Source of the DNA: Cycas panzhihuaensis
Taxonomy: Eukaryota; Plantae; Cycadophyta
DNA: 64,000 nucleotides
Assembly: GCA_023213395.1 (NCBI GenBank)
Contig: CM041465.1
Span: forward strand, 222,339,741-222,403,740
Reading direction: 5' to 3'
Below the pieces are notes generated by a model. That model did not search any database, had not been told where the DNA came from, and worked only from the letters and a program-made list of their open reading frames with translations. The position numbers and the translations under genes were made by a program. The first letter of the stretch is position 1; the number at the start of each line of letters is the position of its first letter. Shown here piece after piece: positions 1 through 14,073 of this stretch.

Positions 1-226
1 ATCTTTCAAAAGATCTATAAATCTCTTCCAAATTATCACTAGGCTACAAACTAGCATGAATACTACAAAAACTACTAGTTTATGGATTATATCAAGTGCA
101 TAATGCAATATCATGAATGTATAAATAATATTAAATAAAAACTATATAAGGACTATATAAAAATGAGCAAATATTGAAATATATCAAACAACAAACTATT
201 GTGGCTCAATGGCTTCAGATCAACGT

Positions 227-238
227 GCTCTAATACTA
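227..238 (-). mobile_element. Degenerate tRNA-iMet PBS of an LTR retrotransposon; its 5' LTR would extend rightwards from 241 (far end not resolved)
   Basis: gctctaatacta resembles the reverse complement of TGGTATCAGAGC (2 transitions), followed by 'at' and TGATGG at 241. This is the same PBS-spacer-LTR layout seen at elements C, D, E and F. Confidence 0.45.
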
Positions 239-806
239 ATTGATGGTGAAATAAGGATAGAGAAAAATAAATATTATAAGGTATACATTATGAAGAATAA
301 CAAAATTTCCATATAAAGTTAGTGGTGTTAAAGAATACCATTGGGCCATAGGACCTTGTATATATAGTCAAGACATTGGGTAAGCCTGCCATCGACTAAC
401 TTTGGTATTGAAAAATATCGTTTAAAATAAAATATAAAATAATATGTACCTATCAACTAAGTCAGCTGATGTTGGCTGCTACTGGTCCTGCAAAATTCTA
501 ATGCGATATGCATATTTTATAATTTAAATGAATATTATATCTAACACAAAGGGCTAGGTAAAAGCTTATAATAAAATACATGATATATAGGGCATCACAT
601 GATATAAATGAGGTAAGAATAGGTGGAAATCATTATAAGGGAATGGTCATTAGAAAAAAAAATATTATGACTTATTTAGAGTACTATATCTTATTATCCA
701 AGCTAAATTTTATAAAGAATAAGACCATTAAGTTAAATAAGGTAATTTTATCCTTAAATCAAGTGGTGAAAGTCCTAAAACAAAGATCAAATGAAAAATA
801 TATGTA

Positions 807-852
807 AGTTTAAAGTTACAAGAATAAATAGTTTAAAGTTACAAGAATAAAT
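807..852. repeat. Exact 23-bp tandem duplication
   Basis: agtttaaagttacaagaataaat at 807-829 and 830-852. Confidence 0.9.
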
Positions 853-2051
853 AGGAGCAATTTATTAATGAAAAAATCATACTTGGAGGTCTACTTCTAT
901 AGTAGTTTTCTATATTTTATTTTAGAACTAATCTCTAATTTTAACTTTACATTGAATAGAGCAATAAGAGCTTTCTATAGACTCATAGAAGTCTCTAAAT
1001 AGATGCTAAACAAGAAAGTTGTTGCAATTTAAAGTTGAAAGGGGTAAAGATTCCCTAGTTATAAATTTAGAAAGATTCAATAAGTTAGTAACTTTAAATG
1101 GATAAAATATTATTTTGAATTATTTTCTTAGCCTTAAATAATTATCCCAGGTTGATAAACATTTTGAGACTTTTAAAATAAGTAGCATAAGTCCAAAATT
1201 AGATGCTAGATAAGGAAGTAATAGTATTTAAATTTGGGCTTGTAAGTCAATTTTTTTTTGTAAATTATTAAAATTTCATATTTTATAAAATTACAAAATT
1301 AAATCTTATGAGAGTAGTGAGGAGTTTGTCAGTGAGGAGCTTGCAAAGTTGTAAAGTCATAAGGAATAAAACCTCAAAAATAGAAAAAAAATTATATAAC
1401 TCACTTGATGCTTTGGTATTTTTCTTTCTTCACTTATTGTTTCAAAGATATATTAAGGGCTATCTATCTATGCATATAAATTTTATGCACAAAAAATATT
1501 TAAGTTGATAATTTTATAATTTATTATTAAATTCACTTAGTTAAATGAAAAATCACTTCTAAATAGCCCTCTATTATTTTAGTGATATATCACTTATTCA
1601 AAGTTAGATTTTGATGATTCTAATTGTATTGGAATCTTTTTCTAAGGATATTCATATCTATGTAAAGAGATTTAATTATATAAACTAGTAAGGTGTTTCC
1701 ATTTGTATAAAATGTCAAAATTTATGGTATGATAATGTAAATAGTAGTTGTTAGATTTTCATAGTTTTATTTATAACTTACTTATCTATTAATAAAATTA
1801 GGTCAAGTTAGTCTTATTAAAATCATATTAAAGGTAACTATACACTTAGATATGTGGGAATCACTAAGGTACTTATTATATAAAGATATTGTTCATAGTT
1901 GGAAATAAAGATATTTAATAATTACACCACCAACGATAACTATTAATATTGTTGTAACTATTGAGTAAACTAGGTCCCAATAACTAGAAATCACCACCAA
2001 GATCTAAACTATTTTACAACTAGTTACAAGAATTGAAACTAAAATTTAACA

Positions 2052-2566
2052 TGGAAGTTCTTAAACTAGAGATAATATAATAAATAAATTAGAAAGCCAA
2101 AGTATCACATATACACCCAATATAACGTGGTAAAACCTAGTAGTATGTTAGGGAAGTATCCACACAGGAAAGGTATCAATCTTTATTATTAAAGAATGGA
2201 GAAATGTATATAATCTATAGTAGAATACTCATAGCAACAACAACCAGCTGCCTAACTCATCACAGTATATCCAATACATTGAATACCATCAACATAATAA
2301 AAAAACACCCTAAATTAGGCTATATAAGAGAGTCATACAAGGCACAAATCTTGACCATCGAATCATTAGTATTTTAAATAAATAACCTCGTTTCTCTTTA
2401 CAATTTAATATGCTTTTCAGTGCTATCATTTTGGATTAGGAGCTATTACCCCTAAACCCCCTCTTTGCAAGGGGTGGTTTTGGTGCCCCCCGTACCTCCT
2501 TTGGATCCTCCTAAGAAAGTTTAGGGGGGGAATAATACTACTAACCTATTAAAATTTTAGCCTCCA
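2052..2566 (-). mobile_element. Probable solo LTR (Copia-like), 515 bp
   Basis: Inverted termini TGGAAG...CCTCCA and 5-bp flanks taaca/aaaca (4/5 TSD). It contains the C/G-run motif (cccctaaacccc...gcccccc) also seen in the LTRs of element E. No internal domain. Confidence 0.6.
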
Positions 2567-2880
2567 AAACATTATTGTCATATTATCTAATAGTAACCAC
2601 TATAGCCCAATTCTTTCCACTAAACTTAAATGGTATTTTTTTTGTTTTTTTGATTTAGTAAAAAATTAGAATGTGTTTTGATAGGTCCCCAAACCTTTTA
2701 TAACAGCAGCCTACCCACCGGTTATGGAACAGAATGGCCATGACATGCCTATGGCCTAGAGTAACTCAACACCCATATTATCTCACTACACCATGACAAG
2801 CCTAATGGCTAGCTCTCTCAACTTTGGGCTAATACATCCACTCTAACTAGACTTAGAAGATCCTCTAGGAAATTCTCTTT

Positions 2881-5800
2881 CTAAACCCTCATTCTCTTAT
2901 TTAAAACTACCCAGTTGGCAAGCCAATCCATAGCTGCATTACCTTCCCTATACGTATGCCAAATCTGGGTACTCTGTTTGGATCTTAAAATATCTTGAGC
3001 ATCCCTCACCATATCCACATTGTACCAATTAGCCTCCATCTCCCCCTTGAGAATCCTGATCACATTCAGAGAGTCTCCTTCTATCATTACCTTATCATTG
3101 TCATCCTCGTCAACCATAGCTATAGCTCTTTTCATAGCCTTAAGTTCAACACTATGATTTATTTGTTAATCATAGTATTCCACAAAGGCCCATCTTACCG
3201 ACCCATCTGGGTATCTACATAGACCACCCCCTAGCCTCACCTGGGTTACCTTTTGATACCTTATTAAAATTTATTTTGATCTAGTTTTCATTAGGTCCTA
3301 CCACAAACACTTTCCCCTTTTTACCCTAGTGATCTTAGGTCTCCTAATTCCCTAGTTGTCCATGATGCTTCCCTCCCCCTTCGAAACCACTTCCTCATCC
3401 AAAGGTTTAATCATTTCTACTATCACTTGTCAAGTCATCTCACAGAGCCTAGGTTCATCCATCTCTTTCCCTTAGAAAATTCTTCTATTACGTTCCTTCC
3501 GAATATTCCAAATTGCCATGGGCATAATTAGTTTCTAGAGTAGTCCCAACATCATACTCCTAAAGGAAGATTTCTACAACATCCATTGATCTACTTGGGT
3601 CCTAAGAAGCACCTAGTCTATCCCAAGATTGGACTAAATATAGGTCCAAATTCCCCTGGAGAAGGGATAGTGGATACTAATATGGTCCAAAGGCTCCTCA
3701 TCATTCTCACATAATGTACATCTATTTCGCATGGCTAAGCCTCGCCTGTGGAGATTATCAATTGTCAATATCTTATTCTGCAGACAGAGCCACCGAAAGA
3801 CTGCCACCTTTAGAATAAGCCCCAACTTCCAAACCCTAGCCAGTATTGGGTTCTTACCAAACCCCTCCTCCATACATATAGTTTGATAACCCTCCTTCAC
3901 AGAGTGTGTCCCAGAGGGGGGAGTGAGACCATATTATTGTATTAGCTAATGGCATTTAGGGAATATATCGATGGTTCAACTCACTCTTAAGGATCTAAAT
4001 ATTATCCCCCCCTCATGGATCCCTTGTAATTCTTCAAAGGATCTCTACATTTTATCTTTGCCTTGACCCTCCCAGTAGTCCTTAACCAACGAGCTAAAGG
4101 TACCTTCATAGACCCCCTACAGATTACCAATAGAGGGCCTATCCTTTAATTTGTAGTCTCTATACCATTTGTCCTCCCAAAACTTGATGCTTTCCCCATT
4201 CCCCAACTTGCATATCATGCCCCTAGTTAAAATGGGTCTTGCATGAACCAACCCTTTCCAAATAAAGGAACCAGAAACTTCCCCTATCTCATCTTTCAAA
4301 AAGTGCCTACTCCTTAGGTACCTTTTGGCAATGATATTTCCCCACTGGGTGCCATCATCTTTCACCAGTCTCCACCCAAGTTTGGTCACTAAATCCCTAT
4401 TAAACCTTCTCAACCTTCCGATGTTGAGCCCTCCCACCCACCTGGGCCTACATACCTTGTCCTAAGAAACTAAGTAAAATCTATCCTTATTCTCTATGCT
4501 AGACTAGAGGAATCTTTTCTGAATTCCTTCTAACATCAAAATGATCTTACTTAGAATCTTGAAGATTGATATCATGTAGACCAGAAGGCTCTGTAATGAG
4601 GCCATCACTAGATGAATTTTGCCTACTTGACTAAGGAGGGAACCCTTCCAACTAGCCAACTTCCTTCGGATCCTATCCATAATAGGGTCCCAAGGTCCTT
4701 ACTCATATTTCCTACAAATAAAGGCATCCCCAAGTAAGTGGATGGAAGAGTTCTAATAGGGATCTCCATCTCCCTATCGATCCTCCTCTGCAGTCTCTCA
4801 GGGATGTTGATGAAGAAAATGGAACTCTTTTCCAGGTTGATTTTCTAATTTGTAGCCCTCTCATAAGCCTGGAGCCCAGTCTTATATGCTCTAGCTTCCC
4901 CTAGGGCCACCTTACCTAGAAAGATATTATCATCAACAAATTGATGATGAACAATATTATCAATGCTAGATGAAGGTTTAGACCCAGTCACCTATCCTTT
5001 CCTTATGGCCTCCTCAACAACCCTCCCTAATATTTCTACCATAATGATAAACGAGTAGGGGGATAAAGGATCCCCCTTCCTTAATCCTCTAAAAATAGGG
5101 AAGAAGGGATTCAAGGTACCATTTATCAGAACAGAGAAGGAAGGGCCAGATATACAATAGCACATCTAACCCCTCCAAACCTTGTCAAAGCAAAAGGCCT
5201 AGAGGTAATCCATTAGGCAGTCCTAGGCCACTCGATCATAAGCTTTGGACATGTCATTTTTCACCAACATGCCAGCCTCTTTCTTGTGGTAGACTGAATG
5301 AGTTGTCTCATGGACCATTATTCTACTATCTAAGATTTGTCTGCCTTTCACAAATCTATCTTGATTTGGGGATATGATAAGCGATAAGAAATTCTTTAAT
5401 CTGTTTGTTAGAATTTTCACCAAAATTTTATACTTTACATTACAAAGGCTTATCGATCTAAAGTCCTCCATGACTTTTGCTCCTTCCTTCTTAGGATCAA
5501 CACCAAAAAAGTCATTTGCCACTCCTTTAGAATTATTTTCTTCTTAATAAATTCATTTAGAGCTAGTTTTAGATCCTCTTTGATTATATCCCAGAATTTT
5601 TGGAAAAAACTAGGAGGGAAACCATCTAGCCCAAGAGCTTTATCTTGGCCCATGTTGAAGAGAGCCTTCTCCAGTTCCTCCAATGTAAAAGGATCCATCA
5701 ACCTTCTATTTTGGACTTCATTGATTAGCTTTAGAATATGTCTCATAAGATTCTTCCTTAGTTCTGTCTCTTAGAAATTAAGTTCTTCAAATAAGTTCTT

Positions 5801-7015
5801 AAAGTATTCCATAGCAATGTCCTTGATTTCCTCTTCTATCTCATGATTGACTCTATCTGCACTACATAGAGTATTTATTTTGTTACAGGACCTATGTTTC
5901 AATGTGGACATATGAAAAAACTTAGTATTCCTGTCTCCCTCCAATAAGCAGAGAGCTCTAGATTTTTGTTTCCAATGTATTTCCTCTTTAGCCAACATAT
6001 CTTCCAAGTTTTTTGTAGTCAAATGGTCCAACTAGTCCAAAATGTCAGACCTCCCTTCCTCTTAGATCCTACCCTCTACCATATTAAGCTCCTGAAGAAG
6101 TCTACCTTTGGCCTAAAAAATGTTTCTAAAAACTTCTTTGTTCCAAGCTTGAATCTGTCTCTTAACCCAATTCAACCTTTTAGAGAACCTAGACATATCA
6201 TGTCCCTTCACTGGGATACTCCCCTATTCCCTAACCTTGTCCCTAAGATCTGGGTGCCTCAGCCATATAAGCTTAAACCAAAAGGAAGCCCCCTAATGAG
6301 TACTTAAAGTACTAAATTCTAACATGAAAGGTGAATGGTTAGAGGCCACCTTCGAAAGTGCTTCTAATTTAATGTTTCCATGGAGACTTATCCATTCATA
6401 GTTTATCAACAACCTGTCTAACTTAATCTAGATGTGGTTGTACCCTAGTCTTCTATTTGACCAAGTGTGCCTGGCCCCTCTAAGCGAGACATCTAATAAT
6501 CCCCTTCTTCGTAAGAAATACCCCAAGTTTGACATGCTCCTGGACTAGCCCTCTTGACCTCCTTTCTTTTCTCTTAGGTATAGGGATGTATTTAGGTCCC
6601 CTACAATTATCCTGGGGCCCTTCCAATCTTTGTAGATAGTCATCATCCTGTCCCACAAGTTCTTTCTTCCTTCCACCATTGTTGGAGTATAAATCTTGGC
6701 GGCAAAGCATTGGATATTTTTTCTCCTACAGGTAAGGCAAACAATCATGAAATGCTCTTCTTGAACTATACTTATCCCCTGCCAGATTCTGGGGTCCCAT
6801 AGAATAACCATACCTCCTAATCTAAGAGATCCCTCTTTTTCCAACATCTCACCATTCCTCCAGATCTTGTTTTTTACCTTTGTTTCCTTAACCTTCTCAA
6901 GTTTCATTTCCTGCAACATCATAATATCCTCTCCTATTCTAAATCTCAAATCCTTGACAATTCACTATCTAGAGGGGGCATTCAGACCCCTAACATTCTA
7001 GGATAATATCCTCAT
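2881..7015 (-). pseudogene. L1 ORF2: AP endonuclease - RT - zf-RVT - RNase H, many stops and frameshifts
   Basis: Start MRILS(W)NVRGLN at 7015; APE motifs DIMMLQE and IVGDLN; RT motifs DKALGLDGF, ISLCNV.YKI, DMSKAYDRV and GL.IG.L..FN; zf-RVT C..C..EE..DH; RNase H motifs IEGDS and HTYREGN..MDWLA. Confidence 0.93.
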
Positions 7016-8500
7016 GATCGTGCCCCCTCGTGATGGCCCTTAAGGGTCATATTCTAGTCCTGAGAAATGGGCCTTCAATAACCCCTTCCGTTAGGGTTTG
7101 CTGAAATCCTTAGTCAATTTGGGAAACCATTTCCCTTTCTCTAATCACTTTCTTTAATGATCTTCCAACCCTTCTATCACTTCCTAAGTCTAGGGATCTT
7201 CTCATTACCCACCTACGATCCTCACTAGGTGGCCTCTCTAGCCCTCTCACATACTGGGCTCCCTCAGCCCTATAGTCTACTCCCTCTTGATGCTCCTCTT
7301 CCATAACTGTTGACACTTACTACACTTCCATCTGACCTGCGGGATGATCCTTCTCATCACCTTCCTCTGAGAGATGGTCCTCCTTGTCCTAGTTTATCTC
7401 CTTCATCTTCTCAGCATGAGTATTCTCAACTACCTCAAGTAGGGCCTCCTTATTCCTCCTCTCATCACCCTTAAGGCATTCCTCTCCCATGGTTGTTAGC
7501 CCTTGCTGCCCTTCCTCTTGACCTAAGGGTCATTCTTTTTCCTCAATTTCCACTAGGATGGAAGCCTCCTCATTCTAGTTTAATTGATGAGTTTCAACTG
7601 TCTTTGTCCCCAGGGCATCACCCATGTTTGTTTCTACCCCTGGATCCTCAATAGCCCTACTCGTGCCCCCCTTCTTGCCAACCCCATCCTTATTTGGTTC
7701 TCCTTGGAACTTCAAAGGGAGATCCCTAAGGCATCTATATCTAGAACATCTAAAGCCATCCATCTCATAAGACAACTTTTGATCAATGTTCCACCCCTCT
7801 ATTTCAATACTAACCTCTTCCAAGAGGTTTTTATTGAGTCTCGATAAAGCACAAGACCTAGCGTTTATCAAGTGGGTTCTATTCTTTATTACTAAGTTTG
7901 TCACTAACAGTGGCCCTACTACTTTATCCACCCCTCTTACTACTTCCAAGTTCTAAAACTGTAGAAGTAACCCTAGCATCTAGACCCAGATTAGAGCTTA
8001 TTTTATCATTGGAACTAATGGGTCAAAATTTAGATGCTACTTTTCTAAGATAATTGCCTTTCTTCCAAGCATCCAAGGTGATTTTAGGAGAATGCCAATC
8101 ATATCTTCTTGGTTTGTGAACCGAAAAAGAGCACAACCTTTGGGCATAACTATTACCTCCTCCACTAGATTCTTCATTTTCTACTTATTCACTGCCCATT
8201 TCCTAATGATATCAAGCCTTGGTCTAGGCCCTGAAAACCTACCAACTGAACTGTTTTCCCAATGTTTCTCTGTCTTCTTAGTAAGGTCTTTTGGTACAAG
8301 GATTTTTATGTGGTTGTCTTGGTAGACTAGGTTTATTTCATACTCCTTTGAACCAACATTTCTTAGCATATCAAGGTATTTCCTTCCCAAAGAAGAGGAC
8401 TGGGTCTAGTTTTTATGGTCTGGTTGCTCTATACTTATAAGCAAAATCACTACAAAGCATAATAAAAACTGATAGTCTAAGACTCACTTGACTTCCATGT
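7016..8500 (-). pseudogene. L1 ORF1 remnant (DUF4283-like region plus zinc-knuckle region); start not resolved
   Basis: ORF pieces 8181-8390 (WENSSVGRFSGPRPRLDIIRKW) and 7575-7949 (ARSC...QKLSYE..FRC..YRC), followed by an acidic tail. Confidence 0.7.
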
Positions 8501-9577
8501 ATCTTCACTGTCTAAATCTTGTTCCATGAGGCTTTCATTTGGCTACTTGCTACCATTCCATGCAGTGATACCTCAAAATACCACAACGTGGGCACCCTCC
8601 ATTCAGTAATTACTCATGAAGCTCTAGAAATAAAGGAAACCCTAACTAGGTATCATCATTCTACCATTCCCAGCTGACAGACTTTATAGCCTTTGGAGGA
8701 GGGGTGACTCAAACATCTAGGGCCATGTCCCTCCTTGAATCTTTGTTTCTCTCCTAAGACGAGGCCTTCATGAGGAACCCTAGCTGTCACCAACAGTGTG
8801 CATGCCTATTCGTCGCCTGCTACTGTTCCATTTGCCACTGCCCATTATTACAAATAAACTTGAATGGTATTGATGGTAATAAATTGACTCATATTTAGAT
8901 AGGAGAATTAGTTATAGAGGTGTAAGGAGGAAGAGATTTTTTTCTTTTTTCCATCAAAAGAGAATTTTTATATAAATATAGGTTTTAGAATATAAAATTT
9001 TATGAAGATCTAGGATATAACTAAATAACTTTTATAGGGATTTGACTTGGTTTTTAAGTCTTAATTTCACAAGGATAATAAAAGGGAGGTATTTAAATGT
9101 AATGGTGGTGGTTTCATTAATTTTTCATGGCTAGATCAATGAGAAATATTGATTAATTAGTAAAAATTATACTCTCTATTTTAAAAATAATTATGATAGA
9201 AGTTTTTTTCCCCAAGAAATTAGTAGCAAAGCTTTTAAGAAGCTTGGACATGGTGTTCTAAGTCTTATTTGAGCCTTGACTTTTATATAATTATTATATG
9301 AATCCATATCATAGAACTATAATTTCAAATGAGACTATCTAGTATGGATTGTATTTCTTAGTTAATTATCTTTAACTTGTGTAAGGGGCTTGATTGGTAA
9401 GTTTCATGAATATGTATATGAATTAATTTCATCAGGTTATTTTAAAGGTGATAAAATATAGTTTATGGATGAAGGTAGGGTCAAGTGGTCCCTTATTCTC
9501 TAGTTTTATAAAAAAGTATTTGGGTTGGGATCTCATGTTCTCTTCAATATTGGGTAAACTCATTATTATATTTATTT

Positions 9578-12500
9578 AGATAAGTAATCATAATTCCTAG
9601 TGTACATATAGTCATTACTATATAAAGCTACATTCAAAATTGAATTTTTATCTATCTCAACATATATAAGTTAGGGTATGATTAGCTTCTTAAGAATCTC
9701 ATATTTAAAGTAATTATCAATCCTATAAGACCATGCTCTAGGTGTTTATTTGACCCTATATAGGGCTTTCTTTAATCTATAGTCCTTATTTTCATTTCCT
9801 TTAGCTTCAAGACCTTTTCATTATGAGATATAAATTTCCTCATCTACATACTTATTTAAAAAGGCATATTTTACTTCTATTTGGTGAATCATACAACCAT
9901 GTTATGTAGTTAAGGCTAGAATCAATCTAATTATCATCATCCTTGCTATAGGTAAAAATGCCTCATTATAATCAATGCCTTCAATCTATGCATAGCCTTT
10001 TGTAGCTAATTGATCCTTATATTTGTTGATAAATCCATATAACCTATACTTAGTCCTATAGACCTATTTATATAGGTCCCAAATCAACCAACTCCCATGT
10101 AATATTTTTTACTAAGGCATTATACTCTTCCATCATGACTTTTGTACACTCATCTTAATTGTTTTCCTCTTTAAAATTTTTAGGCTTATTATTTTCCATC
10201 ACTTGTGTCATCAAGGTAAAATTCATTAAACTTTAAGATTGAGTAGTTCTCCTCCCAAATTTTATATCGAAAATGTCTTGTTATATATAACTTCTTTAGA
10301 CTCATTTAAGAAACCTTTAATTAACTTTGATTAAAGTAGATGGTCTTGATACACCTCTATTAGTCATTATAAATATATTTATGTAACTTATACTAGGTTT
10401 TATATCAATAATTATACTTTTACTTTTGTCCTTTTCTATATCTTCTTGATAAATACCATCTTCATTGAAGATGACTTCCCTACTTATTATATATTTCTTT
10501 TCCTTAAGGTCATACAATTTATAGGATTTTGAAGTATCACTATATCCTATAAATATGCACTTAATACTTTTATTATCCAACTTAGTTCCTTTCTATATTA
10601 GAAAATATACATATATAATACACCCAAATACTCTTAAATATTTAATGTTATGCTTATGGCCTAACCAAGTGTCAAGTGTGATACATTTCATTTACTTAGT
10701 TGTACACTTATTTAATAACTAAATAGTTATATAAGTAACTTCTGCCCAAAATTCATTAATAAGGTGTTTTTCCTTGAGTATACTCTTAAATATCTCAATT
10801 ATTATTTTGTTATTTCTATATGCTAGCCCATTTTATTAAGGGGTCTAAGGGTTGGTTAATTATTTTTTGATTCCATTATATCTATAATATTCTTTGAACT
10901 TATTGGAGATGAACCCTCCTCCATTATCTAATCTAAGGGTTAATTTTGTGATTATTTTACCTCTTAATGATTGTCTTGAAATTAATAAAGCATTGAAATG
11001 ATTTTTATTTAAAGTTGAGGAAATATACCTAAGTCATCCTTGAGTAATCATCAATAAACTTTGTAAAATACCTTATCCCACCAATGAACATAATATACAT
11101 TGGTCTAAATAAATCTACATATTCTTATTGAAGTGGTCCTTTAAGTTTAAAGATTTCATTTAGGAATTCTTCCATCTATTATTTTCTTAGTCCACACCCT
11201 TCATGAATCTCATGTTCTCTTCAATATTGGGTAAACTCATTATTATATTTATTTTTTTCATTGGGGATAAGTTGTTATAATTTACATGGCCAAATCTCTA
11301 ATGCCATATCTCACTATTTAACTCAATTGATGCGTTTAAGGTATAAAAATCAGTAGAGGATATAACTAACTTGAATAAGTTATCATTGGTCATTTGTCCC
11401 TTATCCATTACGACTTTATTTTATAATTTGTCCTTGATTATGCATTCTCCATCATCAAATATGACCTTATATTTTTGCTCTCTCATTTGTCCAATATATA
11501 ATAAATTCTTCCTAAATATTAAGATATGGAGTATATCATTGATATACTTAATTTCTTTACAATTTGTTTAAAGGAACACATTCCCTTTTCTAATTGCTTC
11601 TTGAGTAGTGTTATCCCCAAATATTATTTTACTCATTTCAAAATTATCACACTTCTCAAACACTTTCCTTCTATGGGTCATATGAATGGAGCATCCCAAA
11701 TCAATATACTAACTATTATCTTCTTCATTGGCTATGAGGCTTGATAAGAAGAGCCTCTTATTCTCTCTTGTCTCTTCTATAGTTGTGTTAGCTACTCCTC
11801 TCTCCATGTTGCACCTTTTGAGAGAATATTTTTTTTGTAAGTGTCCATTTCTTTTGTAATAGGAACATTGTATTATTCCTCTCCCTTTTCCTCTAGGACT
11901 TTTATCCCTTTAACCTTAATTTCTTGCTCTAAGATTTTGTCCTCTACCTTTATAGGTTTATGGTCTATAGCTTTGTGCCTAGTTTCCAAAAGATTATTCT
12001 TTGTTTCTATAAAATTATTCTTAATTTCTAAAACATTATCTTCTATTATATTAATTTATACCATTAGAGACTTAAACTCTTATTCTTAAACTTTGATTTT
12101 CATAATGATTTTGTGGCTTAATACCTGCCTTAGTGATAAAGGTATATATCAAGAAATCTCCTCAACTCTTTTTCTCCTCAATAGTAAGTAAAATGACACT
12201 TAGTTGGTCTACCTTCAATGTAGTAAGGTCCTATAAAACTTCTATACTTAAGGAAACTATCTTAAGTTTCTTTAGTTTGCCTGCACTCTTTCATATCTTC
12301 TCGATTTCTCTTTGTTCACTTATATTTTCACCTAGGATCCTCATTCAATTTACTAATCTTTATATCTTAGTGATGAAGTCATTTACTCCTTCATTGTAGT
12401 TCATTTAGTAATTTTTCAATTTGGTCTTTAATATGTGTTTCTTTAACATTACTAACTCCTTCATATACAATCCTTAATGCCTCCCAAACTACTTTTGAAA

Positions 12501-12762
12501 TTGTCACCTCCTTAACTTGTGGAAATATATGGTCCTATAACATGCAAAATATGAATGCAAATGCCTTATTGTCATTCTTATCATTCTCCTTGAATATCTT
12601 TACTTTATTTATAGGAACATTCTTAATTGGTGTAATATAGCCATGGATAATCAAACTCTATGTATCTTTAGATATAAATATAAGCATTATTCACCTACTC
12701 TAATTCAAATAATTTGTACCATCAAATTTAGAAACCATTACATTATTTACACTTGAAGCCAT
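9578..12762 (-). mobile_element. Truncated, heavily decayed Ty1/Copia gag-pol (element H)
   Basis: Gag start MASSVNNVMVSKFDGTNY at 12762; integrase and the SH3-like region (KCIFIGYSDTSKSYKLYD...SREVIFNE, 10317-10580); RT to about 9600, ending just after the decayed LYVDD motif. LTRs not identified. Confidence 0.85.
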
Positions 12763-14073
12763 GATGAAAAATGATTTAAAAATAATGAGTAAAGTTACTT
12801 CAAAAAATAAAGTAAAATTTAGGCAAAAAATGCACTAAAAAGAGACCAAGGAGTACTCAAAACCCATCACAAATAGTCCCACTTCTACACTAGGACATAT
12901 ATACATGTCCCAACCTCAACTCAACCACCTCCAAATAGTAAGTTTTATAGTAAATTATGGTTTATAATGAGTATGTATGTGATATTTTGTTGAAGGGGTT
13001 ATTATGTAGGAAGAACACAAAATAAGAATTAAATTTAAACTTTAAAGAATTATACCATATAAAATTAAATAAAAGAAAATGACCACTTATTTCTAAGTTG
13101 AATGGGTCAATACTACAAAGTTTTAGATGAGATTAAATTTTGATATCATATGATAAAGTTAGGGCCAAAAGAGTACAACTAGGTCTAAATTTTTAATGAG
13201 GATACTTGATAAATAAATAGTTATGTAAAACTTTATCAACTTTGATATAATAAAATGGATATGAAAATCAAACCAAATATAATTTTAATTATTTATTTTG
13301 AGGAGGTAAAAATATAGATCATAATGAATTTAATGATTTCAAAAATGGGTTCTAAATGTGATAATTATGGTCATTTAAGAAGGTATAGGCACTTTAAATG
13401 AGACAAGCGCTTTTAAAGTATTGTTAATACCTCTTTTAAATAAGCATATAATTATGTTGTCTTAACCATATAAATACCATATTATCTTTGATTTTTCCAT
13501 TTATATCTATGAGTGACTCTCGATTTTAGACTTGAGACATGATTGAGCATGTGCACAAGGACTAATCAATGGAATGTTCATAATGATATTATTAAGCTAA
13601 GAAGAATGAATTATGGATTAGGATTAGAAGTAAGCCAAATGCACAAATAAATGTAATTAAATAAATAGATGAAACTACAATGAGATATCATAGATAAAAG
13701 TTGTCAACAGATGGGTAATAATATGATAATTTATATATGGACAACATCAAAGGATTATCATAAGTGTCTTAAATAGTTTCATTAGTCAAGCATCAATCAA
13801 GTCAGGAGAATTTAATATAATACTAGGAAATAATGATAAAGTGAAGGAAATTATATATTGTTAAGGGTATATATCCTTGAGTGATGACTTGCATGAACTA
13901 GATGACCTCTAACACAAAAGAATATAAATTGTTATTAAAATTAATGCTTCATAGAGTCAAACATAATCATATAACATGGATGGAAATAAAAAATAGAACT
14001 CAAATTAAATTAAAATAATTCAACTCTCCATAAATATGGTTAAATGCGAGATGTTAGGCATGCTCTAAAGGAG

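Larger units (their letters stand above)
2638..8854 (-). mobile_element. Full-length plant L1-clade LINE with C-terminal RNase H (decayed)
   Basis: 17-bp TSD taaactt(a/g)aatggtatt at 2621-2637 and 8855-8871, T-rich tail (polyA on minus) at about 2636-2651, and ORF1 and ORF2 remnants in the expected order. Confidence 0.93.

Noticed and set aside
580-1508. Short ORFs at 580-807 and 1308-1508 and various short antisense ORFs as host genes
   Set aside because: No recognisable domains; low-complexity, AT-driven composition or shadows of retroelement ORFs.
2572-8900. LINE target site as a Copia gag start (KFSGKNWAI on the minus strand)
   Set aside because: The motif is too short and no continuing gag homology was recognisable.
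14069-14073. TSD for element A
   Set aside because: Left flank AGGAG does not match right flank TAAGG (or AGGGT); the boundaries are uncertain by a few bases.
13500-14073. Left flank of A as the 5' part of Copia G
   Set aside because: Plausible from the geometry, but no recognisable gag motif, PBS or LTR could be confirmed by eye.
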